Numbered from the stretch's first letter, positions 1 to 13,063 are shown. The stretch is DNA of 64,000 nt from Lingula anatina (GCA_051362555.1 CM120642.1:7440001-7504000); one strand, 5' to 3'. Notes: generated by a model from the sequence alone, not told the origin. Numbers and translations are program-made.

Positions 1-595
1 CATTCCCAAGGGTGAATCGGAGTTGCCGCTGGGGAACGTTTTGTTAAGTCCCAAACTTCGTCAGTCAGACTTTACGTGAAAATAATGTTACTTTAGATAA
101 CGCGCCGGTTCTTGGGCCTTAGTGTTGTGCGCCCAGCTGATCCAATAAAACGAACAAGATTCTCATTCGACACAAATGGAAATTTAATACTGTCTTTTGG
201 AAAATATACAGAGTTTTCTTCTACATAGTAACGGTCAGTCCAAAATGTATAATGATATCGCCAGAGCCAAAATACGATATGAAATAACCTTAAAACAGGG
301 CAGCCTTTATAGATCATTCAGGAATTTTAATAACCAGGAAGAAATAACACTTGACTGAGCGCAGTCCCTTTGTCTCAGGCTCTACCACAACTCAGTCACC
401 GTGTTCCCTGGATCATCATTATCCGCCCTAGCCTTCAAAGGCATCTAAATTTTATCTCGTGCCATGTGCCCCGGTCACGATCATTCCTGAATGTCTATTG
501 ACTGCCCCCTTCTAAGCTTATCTTAGGATATGAATATTATTTTAATTAATTATTTATATCAATTATAAAATACCCGAAGTGGTATTTTACACCTT

Positions 596-1261
596 GTGCT
601 CACGGCACCCTTCACACGACTTCGTGATTTTCTCTATATCAGAATCAATGTTTGGCCACCACACCAGGCTTCTTGCCAGAGCCTTCATTTTCACAACTCC
701 TACATGCCTAGCATGTTACTCCCTGAGAATATACCCTCTCAGTTTTGCTGGGATAACGACACGTATACCCCATAACAGACAACCGCTGTTCATCGACAGC
801 TCTTCTCTACGAGTGTAAAATGGATACATTTCTCCGTCTTCTGGTTTCACGCACGCTTTCCATCCGTGCATTGTGTTTTCACATACACGTGCCATTATAG
901 GGTCACGTCCGGTTTCCCTACGAACACAATCACTAGTAACCGGCAGGTTTTCAATTTGAAGCAAGTACAGCAAATCAGTGCTGTCATCTTCTGTCTCCAA
1001 CTAACCACCAGACATTGGTAGCCGAGACAAACAATCAGCGTTCCCATGACTACTTGTGTTTCTGTACACAATGTCATAATCATAATCAGACAAAAACAAT
1101 GCAAATCGCTGCATTCTTCCTGCCGTTGTGACTGACACACCCCTTTCTGGATGAAAAATTGACACCAAAGGTCGATGATCCGTCAACAACATGAAATGTC
1201 TGCCATAGAGGTATGTATGAAATTTCTTCACCCCCCACACTATAGCAAGAGCTTCACGATC
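596..1261 (-). pseudogene. Ty3/Gypsy pol remnant, 3' part (RNase H and integrase zinc-binding region)
   Basis: ORFs 1001-1303 ([29 protein letters not shown]...NADCLSRLP) and 716-1000 (GCLLWGIRVVIP), continuing through stops to H...H...VWWP...CEGC. Joins the 7003-7905 fragment once 1267-7002 is removed (AERKYS*IDREAL). Confidence 0.93.
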
Positions 1262-3135
1262 TATTTCAGTCATATGGCAACTGGCTGAAAAACGTAACGT
1301 CATGGCGGTTATTTGAAACTTTTCAGCGAGTCCGCGTCACGAAGTAACGCCGTTTCTGGACATCTGCGATGGCTGACGTGAAAAACCGTACCTTGCAAAT
1401 AAAATACTTTTAAAAACAAACCAGGGATTTTTGAGTTGTGATTTTGTAAAGATAATAAGAAAAGTTCATGCTCTTACTCATGACATCAAAGGATTACTGA
1501 AACATCCATAAATTTAAATGAAATAAGTTCACGATTTTGAATTTTTGAAAAAAAAAAATCGATCCCAAAATGACTCTCGTAGGGGTTCATGATTGCTAGA
1601 AAAAAAGTTGCAAGCCTGATTTTTTTTTCATTTTTAGATATGAGTTAAAATATCATCCAAAGTTTATGATTTTGAAGGGAATAGTTTGCATACTCTCTAG
1701 TATGGTCACACGGTTCCCTAATCCAACATTCAACAAAAATTTTGAAAAAAATGGCACTTCTCGATACCTCTGCCAAACTATGAATTTTTTCTATCCAAAA
1801 ACCGTTTAAGGTTACATTTTTTATTCACATTTAATTGAAACTAACCTGAAATCGATGCTGAATCGCACACATCCAGTTTGAACTAGTTTCAGTGAGTATT
1901 TTTATGAACGACCTTCACCTATTCTTGATATGCATGATATGCAAAAGGCAACATGTGCTTGTGGATATGCATTTGGAAAGTTGGACCACTTTTGTATGAT
2001 TTTATTAATGAGAATTTATCATTTTTTGAAAGCCCTTACCTTAGGAAAAGGGTTTGGATTTACGTAATCTAATATCATTTATGCAGGAGATTATATGTTG
2101 ACCTACATAACACGTGTAAAGAAGTGAGAGAGGCGTATGATTGTGGATCTACTGCGGGTTGTAGCTTAACTCTAGAACAGAAAAGGATGACAAACATTTA
2201 ACAAAGGTATTTCTGGTTCATGATAACGTTTGTAAAGCAGGCCTTCTAGAGTAAAACGCAATTCATGCATCATGATGTTTAGTTTTAACTATCATTTCAA
2301 TGACATATGGGTTTGCCATGTACCAATATGATGTACCTCAGCGTATTCTAAAATTGCTTAGTTAGCTCTTTTCTTTATTGTTATTAATTTCATTACAATT
2401 ATTGTCAGCTTCTTTATTTCTCATTATTTCAGAATTCACAGATGAGGAGCTTTTCTGCCTGTATATGCCAATATGTTTTCTGGCATGCTTATAACCTGTT
2501 TATGGCAGATGGGATGAGAGAAAACAGTTTTCTTATTTTATCTGTACCGCAAGCTTCTCAACAATAATCAAACCACAATTAAATTAGCGATACTTTTTGT
2601 TACACATACAAATAGAAGCCTGAAAGTGATATACATTAAAGAGGACTTCGATATTAAAAAGGACTTCGAATTCGATATTTAAAAAAGTCAGCAGACCTTC
2701 ACTTGCTTCTGTATTGGAAAAAATGAAGTCAGAATATGACTGACATCTAGCGGAATAGGGTCAAAAACGCACTTCAACAGCTGGCAAAAAAGCTGCCAGA
2801 ATAAATTTTGATGAAACTTAGTAGGTTTATTTTGCGTATTAAAAATCATCTTCTATCGACTTGAATAAGGTGCACACTCTCTGTGAAATGAGATATCTCA
2901 AAATGTTACGGTGTTGCTATGGATAAAAATCGGCATGTTGGCCGACTTTGTCGAGTTATATTTCCTTCATTTCACTTTGATCTGGGTAAATTGCACACTT
3001 ACAGACGCGTGATAAACTCTGCTACTATGTCTCAATTTTTCATAAGCACCTACAGAGGTAACAAAGTACAATTTTTTAATTTCTGCGCTGGTTACGAAAT
3101 TTACAAAATTTCAACCACGACGTCATCTCAGCGCT

Positions 3136-3199
3136 GGGGATCGAGAGAGACGCCTCCCCGTGGTGATCCCTGGAAACGCTCCAATGGCTAAGATCTCTC
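3136..3199 (+). ncRNA. HDV-like self-cleaving ribozyme fold at the LINE 5' end
   Basis: P1 GGGGATC 3136-3142 / GATCCCT 3165-3171 with first-pair G-U; P3 GCC 3152-3154 / GGT 3162-3164; L3 TCCCCGT; GG 3172-3173 for P1.1; J4/2 GCTAA with C3188; P2 GAGAGA 3145-3150 / TCTCTC 3194-3199. P4 is weak. Confidence 0.8.
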
Positions 3200-4913
3200 A
3201 CACGTCACGATCATCCAAGTATCGTTACTCAAAAATCACCATGGCCCATCGAATCTTTCAAGATAGATGTGGACCAAGCATTCTTCAGCTGAACGTTGAA
3301 GGACTAACCAAAGCCAAGTGTGAAGTCATTCAACACATAACTCACGAAAATTCAGCTCAAATCCTCCTCTTGCAGGAAACCCATTCCACCAAAGACTCTG
3401 ACATCAAGATCTATGGGTATCATTTGCAGCAGTCATACACCATGCCCACCATGGTATCGCTACCCTAGTCAGAGCTGGGCTGAACTTTGCCACCATGGAC
3501 ACCTCGCAAAACAGCGACCTCCAATGGATTGCTGTGGCTATCGGGGGAACCACTGTGGTCAACGTCTACAAGCCTCCACCAACACCCTTCACGTACCTAC
3601 CAGCCTTCCAGCACCCTTGCATTTACGCTGGTGATTTCAATAGTCAGCACACGGAATGGGGATACAAGAAGAACAGCCAGGACGGTGAAAACCTTGCCCA
3701 CTGGTCGTCTAGCCTCTGTCTTACCTTGCTTTATGACAGCAAACAACCTTGCTCCTTCACATCTCGTCGATGGGGAACAGGTTCAAACCCAGACCTAGCT
3801 TTCATCACTACCAACGGTCAAGTAAACGCTGAAAGAACAGTCATCGGCAGGTTCCCCAATTCCCAGCATAGACCATCAGTGATAACACATCCAGCCATCG
3901 TGAAACCTACCATCACCTCTGACCAGCCTAGATGGAACTTCTGCAAAGCAGATTGGAACACCTACAAAGCAAAACTGAACAACACCACTCTTCCAGACAT
4001 TGAGAACAAGGACATTAATACTGCTAACTCTGCCTTTATCAGTGCGGTCTTGGGAGCTGCGAAAGCATCCATACCAAGAGGTCATCGAAAGAACTATGTA
4101 CCAGGATGGGACGATGCATGTGAAAATTTGGCAAACTGTTTCGACCAGGCCACTAAGGCTGATGAAATGGACAATTAAGCTAAGCAGCTCCTTGACCACC
4201 TTGATGAAACACGCAGGATTAAGTGGACACAGACTGTGGAAGATATAGACTTTACCCACTCTAGTCGGAAAGCTTGGCGTACGGTGAACCGTTTGACAGG
4301 AAATGTCAAACACTTTGAACCAAATCCACCAGTCAAAGCTAATCATATTGCAAAGTGTCTCATTGAAAATGGGAAGTTTCCTGCTCCAAATAAGAAGTTC
4401 ATATCTAAGGTCAACAGAGAACTCAAAGAGGCCTGGAACTGTCCCACAGCAGACCAAGACTTATGCCATGACTTTTTTACCGATGAGCTAAGGACTGCCA
4501 TTCAAGCCCTTAAACTAGGGAAAGCCCCAGGACCAGACTCACTTCACCCAGAGTTCTATGCCCATCTTCCAGAGAAGACAGTGGAGTGGCTAAAGTACTT
4601 TTACTCAAAGTGCATTGCTGACATCAAAAGTCCAAAAGTCTGGCGTACGGCCAAGGTCATAGGAATCTTTAAGCCTGGTTAGCCTGCAGACGACCCAAAA
4701 AGCTATAGACCAATCAGCCTACTTACAATTGGCTTCAAGCTCATGGAAAGGCTCTTGCTCAATAGAATCTATCCAATAGTGGATGAGGTACTCCCACATG
4801 AGCAGGCAGGCTTCCGAAAGGGTTTCTCAACACTAGACCAGGCAGCTCGACTTACCCAAGACATTGAAGATGCCTTTCAACGGAAGGAAAAGGCTGGAGT
4901 GGTCCTAGTAGAC

Positions 4914-5571
4914 CACCCTGAGCTTCAGAGATAACTTGACACTAACCTCTTCACTATAGCCTATCTTCATCGTGTCAAGTTACCTCTCACCACATTCGAT
5001 TGCCTCCGCTGCCCACCAATCAAATTTAAAGCCCGCACTCAATGACTCATTGAACGATCTAGCCAATGAACGCGAACGAGTCAAAGCGCGCTTTGTTCAA
5101 ATCCGGACCAATCAAAGATAAGGCTGAATATCAGGGACTTGCCGTAACCTGTGGGCAGCACGCAAAATACATCATCCCTCAGTAGATAATGATGCAGGGC
5201 CTCAAACTGCTCTGGTTTCAATTCCGATATACTCATATTTTGCAAAGAATCAAGAGATAACTTAACACATTATTTCACGCAGTCACTCGTAGGAGACGCT
5301 ATGTACGGTTATGCACTCGGAACTACTCGGATGTCTCCGCACTCGACAATAACTTTGTTGTTAGTATGGAGCTTGCGGAATCAGCCGAGGATTGCCGATT
5401 GACGGTCAACCAATCAGCGTTTTCACCAAACTTTGGTGAAAATTTTTGAAACTTGGATTCGATTGGCTTATATAAACTAGGTCAAACTATTTTCGTCAGA
5501 GGTAACTTGACACGATGAAGATAGGCTATAGTGAAGAGGTTAGTGTCAAGTTATCTCTGAAGCTCAGGGTG
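4914..5571. mobile_element. MITE with about 75-bp TIRs and 8-bp TSD (hAT- or P-type) inside the LINE RT
   Basis: TIR CACCCTGAGCTTCAGAGATAACTTGACAC...; TSD TAGTAGAC (4906-4913, 5572-5579); removal restores VVLVDLSAAYDTVWH. Confidence 0.93.
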
Positions 5572-7002
5572 TAGTAGACCTATCCGCAGCATATGACACA
5601 GTATGGCATCGAGGGTTGGCATTGAAGCTCCTCCAGTGTATACCAAGTAGGCACATGACTCGTATGATCCTCCAAATGATAACAAACCGCAGCTTCAGAC
5701 TGCATATTGGGGAGTCGAGGACCAAAAAGAAATTCTTGAAAAATGGTGTACCTCAAGGGTCTGTGGTAGCACCAATACTTTTCAACATCTACACCTCTGA
5801 CTTACCTAAAACAGTTAGTGAAAAGTACATCTATGCTGATGACATCGCCTTCATGACCTCTGGAACCTCAATATCTGGTCTCAATGATATACTCAGTCAG
5901 GATCTAACAGACACTGATCAGTACTTTAGTGATTGGAGGCTAAATATGAACAAGACCAAGACAGTCAGCAGCCTATTCCATCTGGCCAATAAACTTAGTA
6001 ACAAGGAACTTGAAGTGAGATGTGGTGACACCGTCATACCTTTTGAAAAGTTTCCGAAGTACCTTGGCATCACATTGGATCGGAGCCTCAACTACAGGGC
6101 TCACATCAACAAGGTTGCTGCAAAGGTTGGAGCGAGAAACACCCTCTTGAAGAGGCTGGCAGGAACTACCTGGGGGGCAAACTTTCCCACCCTGAGAACT
6201 ACTTCCCTTGCCCTGGCTTACTCCATTGCAGAATATTGCGCCCCTGTGTGGTGCAGGAGTAGCCATACAAAGACAATTGATGCAGCCCTAAACAACAGCA
6301 TGAGGCTTATCACAAGATGTTTGAGATCAACACCAAAACCATATCTCCCGGTGCTAAGCAGCATACTTCCCCCAGACATCAGACGAGATCAGCGCTGTCT
6401 CCAACTGGCCAACAGAGCACATGAGCTATTGTAGATTGTTCCAGCGACTCCGTCAAGATGAGGAATTTACCAGGCTTTCCTCATGAGCTCCACTGATGCC
6501 ATACTTCCGAAAGTTAGAAGAGAGCAAAAATGAAATATCAGCAGAGACATGGGGAATGGTAAAATGGCAGGGGGAATGGGATGCCCTTCAAAATGGCAGA
6601 CTGCGTGACTTCATTCCTGAAGTGAGCACCCGACCATCTGGACATGAGCTGGATCGCCTATCATGGACTCGACTGAACCGCATCAGAACAGGTCATGGCC
6701 GTTTCTGTGCTAACATGTTTGAATGGGGGCTCTGTCAGTCTCCAGCATGCGAGTGTGGTGCCCCCCTACAGACAGCCAACCACATCGTAGAGACCTGTCA
6801 GCTGCATCAGTGTCCAGGGTTGGACTCACTTAAGTCGTTAGACGAAAGAGCTAAAGACTGGCTTCAAAATGCCAATATAATCCTTTGACTTATGATTCTT
6901 GAGTGTACATTACCTGGATGAAACGGACATACGCATATATATATCAGCGCACGCGCTCCGTTCTGAATATCTTCCTACGCGCAGCCAGTTGCCATATGAC
7001 TG

Positions 7003-7905
7003 TATTTAAGAATACTTTCTCTCTGTCTGCGTCAAAGACCGCGATTGGCCTCTCGGAGCCATCGTCCATTACATGAGACAAAACGCACCCTAATCTGTAG
7101 GGTGAAGCATCACAAAGCAATCCGAATTGCCTTTTCTGGGTCATAATGAGCGAGTACCTCCTCGGAGGTCATCATGTGTTTAACCCTTTCAAAAACATCA
7201 TTGCATTTCGAGGTCCAACTCCACTCGACTCCCTTTTCAAGCAACTGATGTAACGGGTACAGCACCGCTGACAAATCTGGCAAAAATCTCGCATAGTAAT
7301 TCACCATGCCTAGAAATGAGCGCAACTCAGTTACATTGGTAGGCCTCAGTGCCTGTAACACCGCCTCAGTCTTGGCCTCTGTCTAATGTAACCCATGCTG
7401 GTCAATTTCATGACCACAGTATGGCACGCGCTCTTGGAAAAAGGGACGCTTTTCCCAATTAACACGTTGATTGTACGCATCCAATCTACAAAGTACCGCT
7501 TCCAGGTTACGCAAGTGCTCTTCTTGCGGTCTATCTGTCACAATTATGTCATCAATAAGACATTTCACGCGGGGAATGCCCTGCAATATCGTATCCATTG
7601 TACGCTGCCATATAGCAGGTGCCGACGCAACGCCATAAGCCATGCGATTGTTTCAAGATTTCTCCTGAGTATGTTTTCAAACTTAAGTCAGTGGCAGTTA
7701 ATGTCCCAAGTTTACCTGGAAAATACATGTCAAACTGTTCAACGGGCATAACCATTACCGCTGCACCAGTGTCAAGTTCCATATCAACCTCTACACCATC
7801 AATGTTGACCTTGGTCATCATGGCTCCCCGAACACTGTCAACCTGGTTTATCTCCAAAGATCCCACCTGTTCAAATGCATCGTTTTCTTCCTCTTCATCG
7901 TTCTC
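7003..7905 (-). pseudogene. Ty3/Gypsy pol remnant, 5' part (aspartic protease, partial RT, start of RNase H)
   Basis: ORFs 7552-7866 (DMELDTGAAV), 7383-7643 (YGVASAPAIWQ...LIDDII), 7110-7361 (LRSFLGMVNYY), 6944-7144 (CDASPYRLGCVLSH). Internal deletion between protease and RT; no LTR found. Confidence 0.92.
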
Positions 7906-8534
7906 TTATATATGATCCGCTCTAGGACCTTAGATATAACGCTTAACAATGAGATAGGTCTATAGTTCCCTATGTCAGTTTTGCTGCCTTTCTTGTGCAC
8001 TGGGCATTGATGTGCCTCTTTCCATATGTCTGGAAAGACACCGGTTTGCAGTATCAAGTTAAAGAGGATGCATAGCGGATAAGCAATGGATATACTGCAT
8101 AATTTTAACATTCTTACTGTTATACTGTCTGGTCCGTTAGCCTTGGATGAGTCCAGGCTATTTATTATACAGCTTATTTCTTCGGGTGTTGTGTCGAGAT
8201 CGGTTAAAATAACATCTGTTCTTTGTGGGAAAGTGATATTTGTATCACAGGTTAGATTATCAGAATGGTAGCTTTTGCCAAAGTGATTTAGGAAGGCCTC
8301 AACTTTTTCCTCCTCAGAATTAGCAATATTACCGGTATTCACATTTCCAATTGACCAATTGAATTTATTACCCAGAAGTTTTTTCAGTGTTGGCCAATAG
8401 TGTTTCTTACTATTTGTTTTTACTTCAAGTGATTCGATTAGGCTTTTATAATAAGAGTCTTTAGTTTCAGATATTAACTGCTTCACCAAGTTACTTTGGG
8501 CAACATACCTTGCGATGTTTACTTGCGACGGGTT

Positions 8535-10695
8535 CCCTGCAGGCATAGTCGCGTTGGATCAACGTTGAAAACAGGTTGATGCGTTGAATTGCCGTTGATC
8601 TACCTAAATTCAACGTAAAATCAACGTTGATCCAGCCACGTCAAAACACCGTCATAATGTGACGTTGACTCAACGTTGTGTTTTGGTTATTGACACAACC
8701 TTGCAGACATGGATTGTAATTTAAAATATTAATTATTGAAAACGTGATACTTTGTTTATCAATACTGTAACTAACTTTATAAGAAAATAACTATATATGA
8801 TAATCATCATCATCATCATCATTTAGAGCCTATAGTGTTCCACTGTTGGACAAAGGCCTCAGCATGCTTTTTCCATTGTTTCCTATCCTGAGCCTCAGAT
8901 TTCCAGTTTGGCCAAGGTTTCTTCTTCCAAGACTTCCAGTAGTCATCTAATTCATCCCTCCATCGTTTGACCGGCCTTCCTCTTTTTCTTTGTCCATACC
9001 TTGGGGTCCATTCTGTAAGCCTGACTGTCCACCTATTGTCCTTCATTCTTTTGACATGTCCTGCACACCTCCATTTCATTTCTTTAACTGTGAGCAGTAC
9101 GTCCTTAACTTTGGTCTGTTCACGTAACCATACATTCGTTTTCCGCTCTCTTGGACTGATGTTCAACATAATCCTTTCCATCTTTCTCTGAGCTACTTGT
9201 AGCTTGTGTTCCATGGAGGCATTCAGTGCCCAGGTCTCTGAGCCATAGGTGATTGCCGGCAGCACACATGCATTGAACACTTTCTTTTTCAGGCAGGTAG
9301 GAAGGTTGCTCTTGAAGATGTCATTGTGCTTCCCATATGCTGCCCATCCTGCTTTTATCCTTCGTTTGATTTCTTTCTCCAGTGTTCAATCACTAAGGCT
9401 GAACCGTTGCCCAAGGTATATATACTCTTCTACTGCTTCTATTTCTTTGGTATTGACCTTCACTATGCAAGGGGTGGTTAGTGGTCCAAACATCACCTTT
9501 GTCTTGCTGGTGTTCATCTTAAGCCCACTTTTTGCGCTTTCATCTGCTAACGCCTGCAGCATTTCTTCGAGGTCTTTTGCATCATCTGCTACTATTATGA
9601 TGTCGTCTGCAAACCTAAGGTGATTGAGCTTGGTACCATCTATGTTTATGCCCTTGTCCTGCCATTCTAGCTCCCTGAATATACGTTCCAATGCTGCTGT
9701 GAACAGTTTAGGAGAGATTGTATCTCCTTGGCGTACACCTTTCTTGATCCTGATCTTATTGGTGGTCTTGTGTAGTTTGACTGTTACAGATCTATCGGTG
9801 TATATGTCTCTGAGGACGTCTATGTATCCATCTTCGATCCCTAGATCTTGCAGGGATGCCAGTATATACTGGGTTTCTACTGAGTTGAAGGCTTTTTCAT
9901 AATCAATGAATGCTACACATAGTGGAATGTTTTACTCGAGACATTTCTCTTTGAGCTGGTTGACAGTGTGCATATGATCGGTAGTGGTGTACTGGCCTCT
10001 GAAACCTGCTTGTTCCTTTGGCTGTGCTTCATCTAGTTGTCTTGTTAGCCTTTCGGTCAATATTTTGGTGTAAATCTTGTACAAGTTAGAAAGTAAGCAG
10101 ATGGGTCTGTAATTCTTGATGTCTTTTATATTGCCCTTTTTGAACATTATGATCATGTTGGCGTTCTTCCATGCTACAGGAATTTCCTTCAGATGTAAGC
10201 ACTTTGTGAAGAGCCTGGCTAATTCCTGAGATAGGATATCTCCTCCTGCTTTTACCATTTCTGCTTTGATATATATATATAAGAAAATAACTATATATGA
10301 TAATCTAAACAGTGGAAATTTTAACTTAAAGGTCATACATATATACCCTACATATATTTAGCCATAAAACATGTCCTACTGCTAAACACATTCAGGCTAA
10401 AAGGGTGTACCATGCTTAGGAGCTAAATGCGTTGAAAAAAATCAGACAAAGCAGGCACTTGGATGTTTTTACAGTGTACGTTATAATTTTGTACCTGTGT
10501 TTTGTACCAAAAATAAAAACATTTCAGGTCATTTTAATGTCTTTTCATGCAAGAATGTTGTATAACAACTGGGGTTGATACAATGTTGTTATCTGACGTT
10601 GAGTCAACTTTCAAATCCAATGTTTATCCAACGTATTATCAACGTTATGGTTCAGCGTTGTTTCAACGTTAAAACAACATAATTTTCCCGCTGGG
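8535..10695. mobile_element. Non-autonomous CCC-ended DNA transposon (CMC/EnSpm-like) with degenerate CAACGTTG subterminal repeats
   Basis: Ends CCCTGCAGG.../...CCCGCTGGG; 3-bp TSD GTT (8532-8534, 10696-10698); removal restores KLNPSQV in the CR1 frame. Confidence 0.8.
8806..10277 (-). mobile_element. 5'-truncated RTE-clade LINE
   Basis: NYRPICLLS, EQAGFR, LRFADD, YIYLGQ, LPAITYGSETW, WRCAGHV...RGRPVKRWRD; (GAT)n tail right after the stop; 28-bp TSD (8778-8805, 10278-10305). Confidence 0.93.
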
Positions 10696-11172
10696 GTTCA
10701 GTTTTATACGTTGGTACAATTTTCTCTTTCTATTTAATTCATGTATAATTTTGTCATTGCACCATGGGTTCTCATTTCCACGTACTTTACTTTGTTTTCT
10801 TGGGATATGTTTTTCAAATATGGACATAAGCGTATCAATATTTTTTTTAGTCAGCAGGTGGACATCGGACACGAGTTTAAACATGCCGTCCCAGTCGAAC
10901 TGGGTTATTTCGGTTTTTAGTCCTTCAGAGTTTGCATGGTCGTACTTCCATATAGTTCTATAGTAAGGTGAATGCTTACAGAGAGTTATGTCTATGGAGG
11001 TCACTAATGTAGCATGGTCTGTGCGTCCAATCGGTGCTTCCACAGAAGAGCTTAGTACCAGGCCGGGAATGTCAGCCACAGTCAGGTCAATACATGAGAC
11101 AGAGCTTCCTTGAATTCAGGTTGGCTCATTTATTAACTGGTCAAGGCCATGTTCGCAAAATATGTCGCTTAA

Positions 11173-11846
11173 AGCAATAATAACTCTTCCTTTGAGATTC
11201 AAAATTCCGCAAGAAATACATTGTACACAACGCATGGGAATATATTATATTGCATTTCACCACTAAAACGGCTGTTATTGTAGTAAAACTAAAAACTGTG
11301 CTTGTCAATAAGGCTTTCGATGCCATTCGTCCCGGTCGTCAAGGCATCCGTTGCCAATGACGTTGAGGTGTCACGCGGATTCTCGCGTTCATTCGAGACC
11401 AAAATAACATAGGCGGCATATAGAGATAGCAGACGCATGATGCAATCCTCAGACGTAAGTTGCGAGTTTTTGTACAGTGCGTCGGATAACGAAAAGCCCA
11501 GAACTGCACACATTGTAGATATAAATGCATTATGAGCAATAAGACGAATATATCGTATGAATCTTATATTATTGTTATATAATGTTGTTGTTGTCTGCTT
11601 TTCCCGCGGTTTTGAGTAGGTCACCAGAAAACCTCGCTCGATATCGCGTGACTATGCAATGTCAGAGAGGGCTCCGTCAGTTAAAATCTCTTAAAAGATT
11701 TTAACAAAAAACCAAACTGTTAGGAAAAAACCCTAGACTAACTTTGAATGCAGGAATGGGGTCGCTGACCATTGGTAAGTACGGGAAAATTGCCGTTTAC
11801 TCCAGGAAAATCCAATTTTTGGCCAAAACAAAGAGTTATTATGACT
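11173..11846. mobile_element. Kolobok-like MITE (TTAA TSD)
   Basis: 16-bp imperfect TIR AGCAATAATAACTCTT / AAGAGTTATTATGACT; TTAA at 11169-11172 and 11847-11850; removal restores GRMLSDIF in the CR1 APE. Confidence 0.8.
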
Positions 11847-12327
11847 TTAACATTCGACCTGGCACGTCATCACCTCCCTCCAGAAACTATTGTCTGTTAT
11901 GAGCATTAAAATCGTTATTTATTATGATTCCGACATGCCGAGAGCGTCTTTTTTTCTCAAGGCATTTGGATAGAAGGGACATGAAAGTGTTTCTCTGTTG
12001 GGCTGATTGATTAGGGGATCTGTAGAATACACCGTAAAGAAGAGTTTTATGCTTCACTCGCAGCTCCACTCATAGGCAGTCAAACCCATCTAATTGAAGA
12101 TCAGTTCGTTCTTTATACATTATATCATCGCACATACATACAAGATAAGCCCTCGGCCTTTATTAGAAAATACTGGTACTTGAAAGCCTTCAATTTTATA
12201 CTTTTCACTCCGATCTATCCTACAGATATTTCCTGCTTCGCAAAGCCCGACTACGTCAGCTTTAGCATTTTTAATTCTTATTTTAAGGCTCTCGAAGCGT
12301 TCATCAGCGTCCGCGCTAAGACTCCTT

Positions 12328-13063
12328 CGGCCGATTTCATAAAGGAGGTTTAACTATACCTAGTTTAAGGCTAAAACCTAGTCTAGCAAAACCTGGTCTA
12401 ACTCAAGACCTAAGCTGTGTAGCTCATATGAGAAAAAAACTTTGGAAATAAAGAGCACGTGAAAATGAGCCGAAAGAGAGCGGAGAATTTTTCTGCTGAA
12501 GAGAAGGGATACATCTCAGAACTATTAAAGGAGAAGTCCAACATCACTGAATCAAAGAAAAATGATGTCACATCAAGTCAAAGAAAAAATGAGGCGTGGA
12601 AAGAAATTCTAACAAGATTGGCAGCACATTTTCCACAAGCCGAGAAAAGAGCTGAAAGGCAGGTGAAAGACTTCTGGATACGAGCGAAAATAAAAGCTAA
12701 GAAAGAATTTGCAAATGTTAAAAAAGCTGCAAAAAAGACTGGAGGGGGCCAAAAGAGGTTGAATTAAGTCAAGAAAATCAAGCAGTGATAGATCTTTTTT
12801 CCAAGCTACAGAGTTAAACCTGGGTCTGACCAGGTTTATTTTTAGACTTGGTCTGAGTCCATAATCCGGGTATCAAAAACTTAGACCTCAATTATGAAAC
12901 ACAATCCTGTCTAGACCAGGTTTAGAATGATGTTAAGCCAGGTTTTACTAGACCACTGGTCCAATACTAAAATCTCCTTTATGAAATGCAGGCAATCCCT
13001 TAACCTGGTGTAAACTCTCTTTAGACCAGGTTTAACTTTAAACCTCCTTTATGAAATCGGCCG
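12328..13063. mobile_element. PIF/Harbinger internal-deletion derivative
   Basis: 26-bp TIR CGGCCGATTTCATAAAGGAGGTTTAA; 3-bp TSD CTT (12325-12327, 13064-13066); subterminal TAGACC/AAACC repeats; carries a Myb/SANT ORF. Confidence 0.9.
12459..12767 (+). CDS. Myb/SANT-like DNA-binding domain (truncated Harbinger accessory ORF)
   Basis: RKRAENFSAEEK...ESKKND...KNEAWKEI...QVKDFW...KKTGGG follows the Myb_DNA-bind_5/MSANTD pattern; first ATG at 12465. Confidence 0.8.
   Translation: MKMSRKRAENFSAEEKGYISELLKEKSNITESKKNDVTSSQRKNEAWKEILTRLAAHFPQAEKRAERQVKDFWIRAKIKAKKEFANVKKAAKKTGGGQKRLN

Larger units (their letters stand above)
3135..6943 (+). mobile_element. Full-length, inactivated Vingi/Ingi-type LINE (single ORF: APE-RT-CCHC)
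   Basis: APE motifs (ILQLNVEGL, LLQETH, VYKPP, GDFN, PDL, SQHRP); RT motifs (KAPGPD, QAGFR, GVPQGSVVAPILFNIY, YADD, KYLG); C-terminal RLNRIRTGHGR...CECG...QTANHIVETC; no RNase H seen; (TA)n tail; TSD TCAGCGC (3128-3134, 6944-6950). Stops at 4176, 4680, 6432 and frameshifts. Clade call is from motif recognition. Confidence 0.88.
1267..7002. mobile_element. Non-autonomous TIR DNA transposon, hAT5-like (5-bp TSD), about 1.9 kb without its LINE insert
   Basis: Perfect 21-bp TIR CAGTCATATGGCAACTGGCTG at 1267 and its reverse complement ending at 7002; TATTT on both sides (1262-1266, 7003-7007); removing element plus one TSD restores the Gypsy RNase H frame. Confidence 0.9.

Noticed and set aside
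1-595. Probable further insertion truncating the Gypsy integrase
   Set aside because: The other end is outside the window, so no TIR or TSD can be verified.
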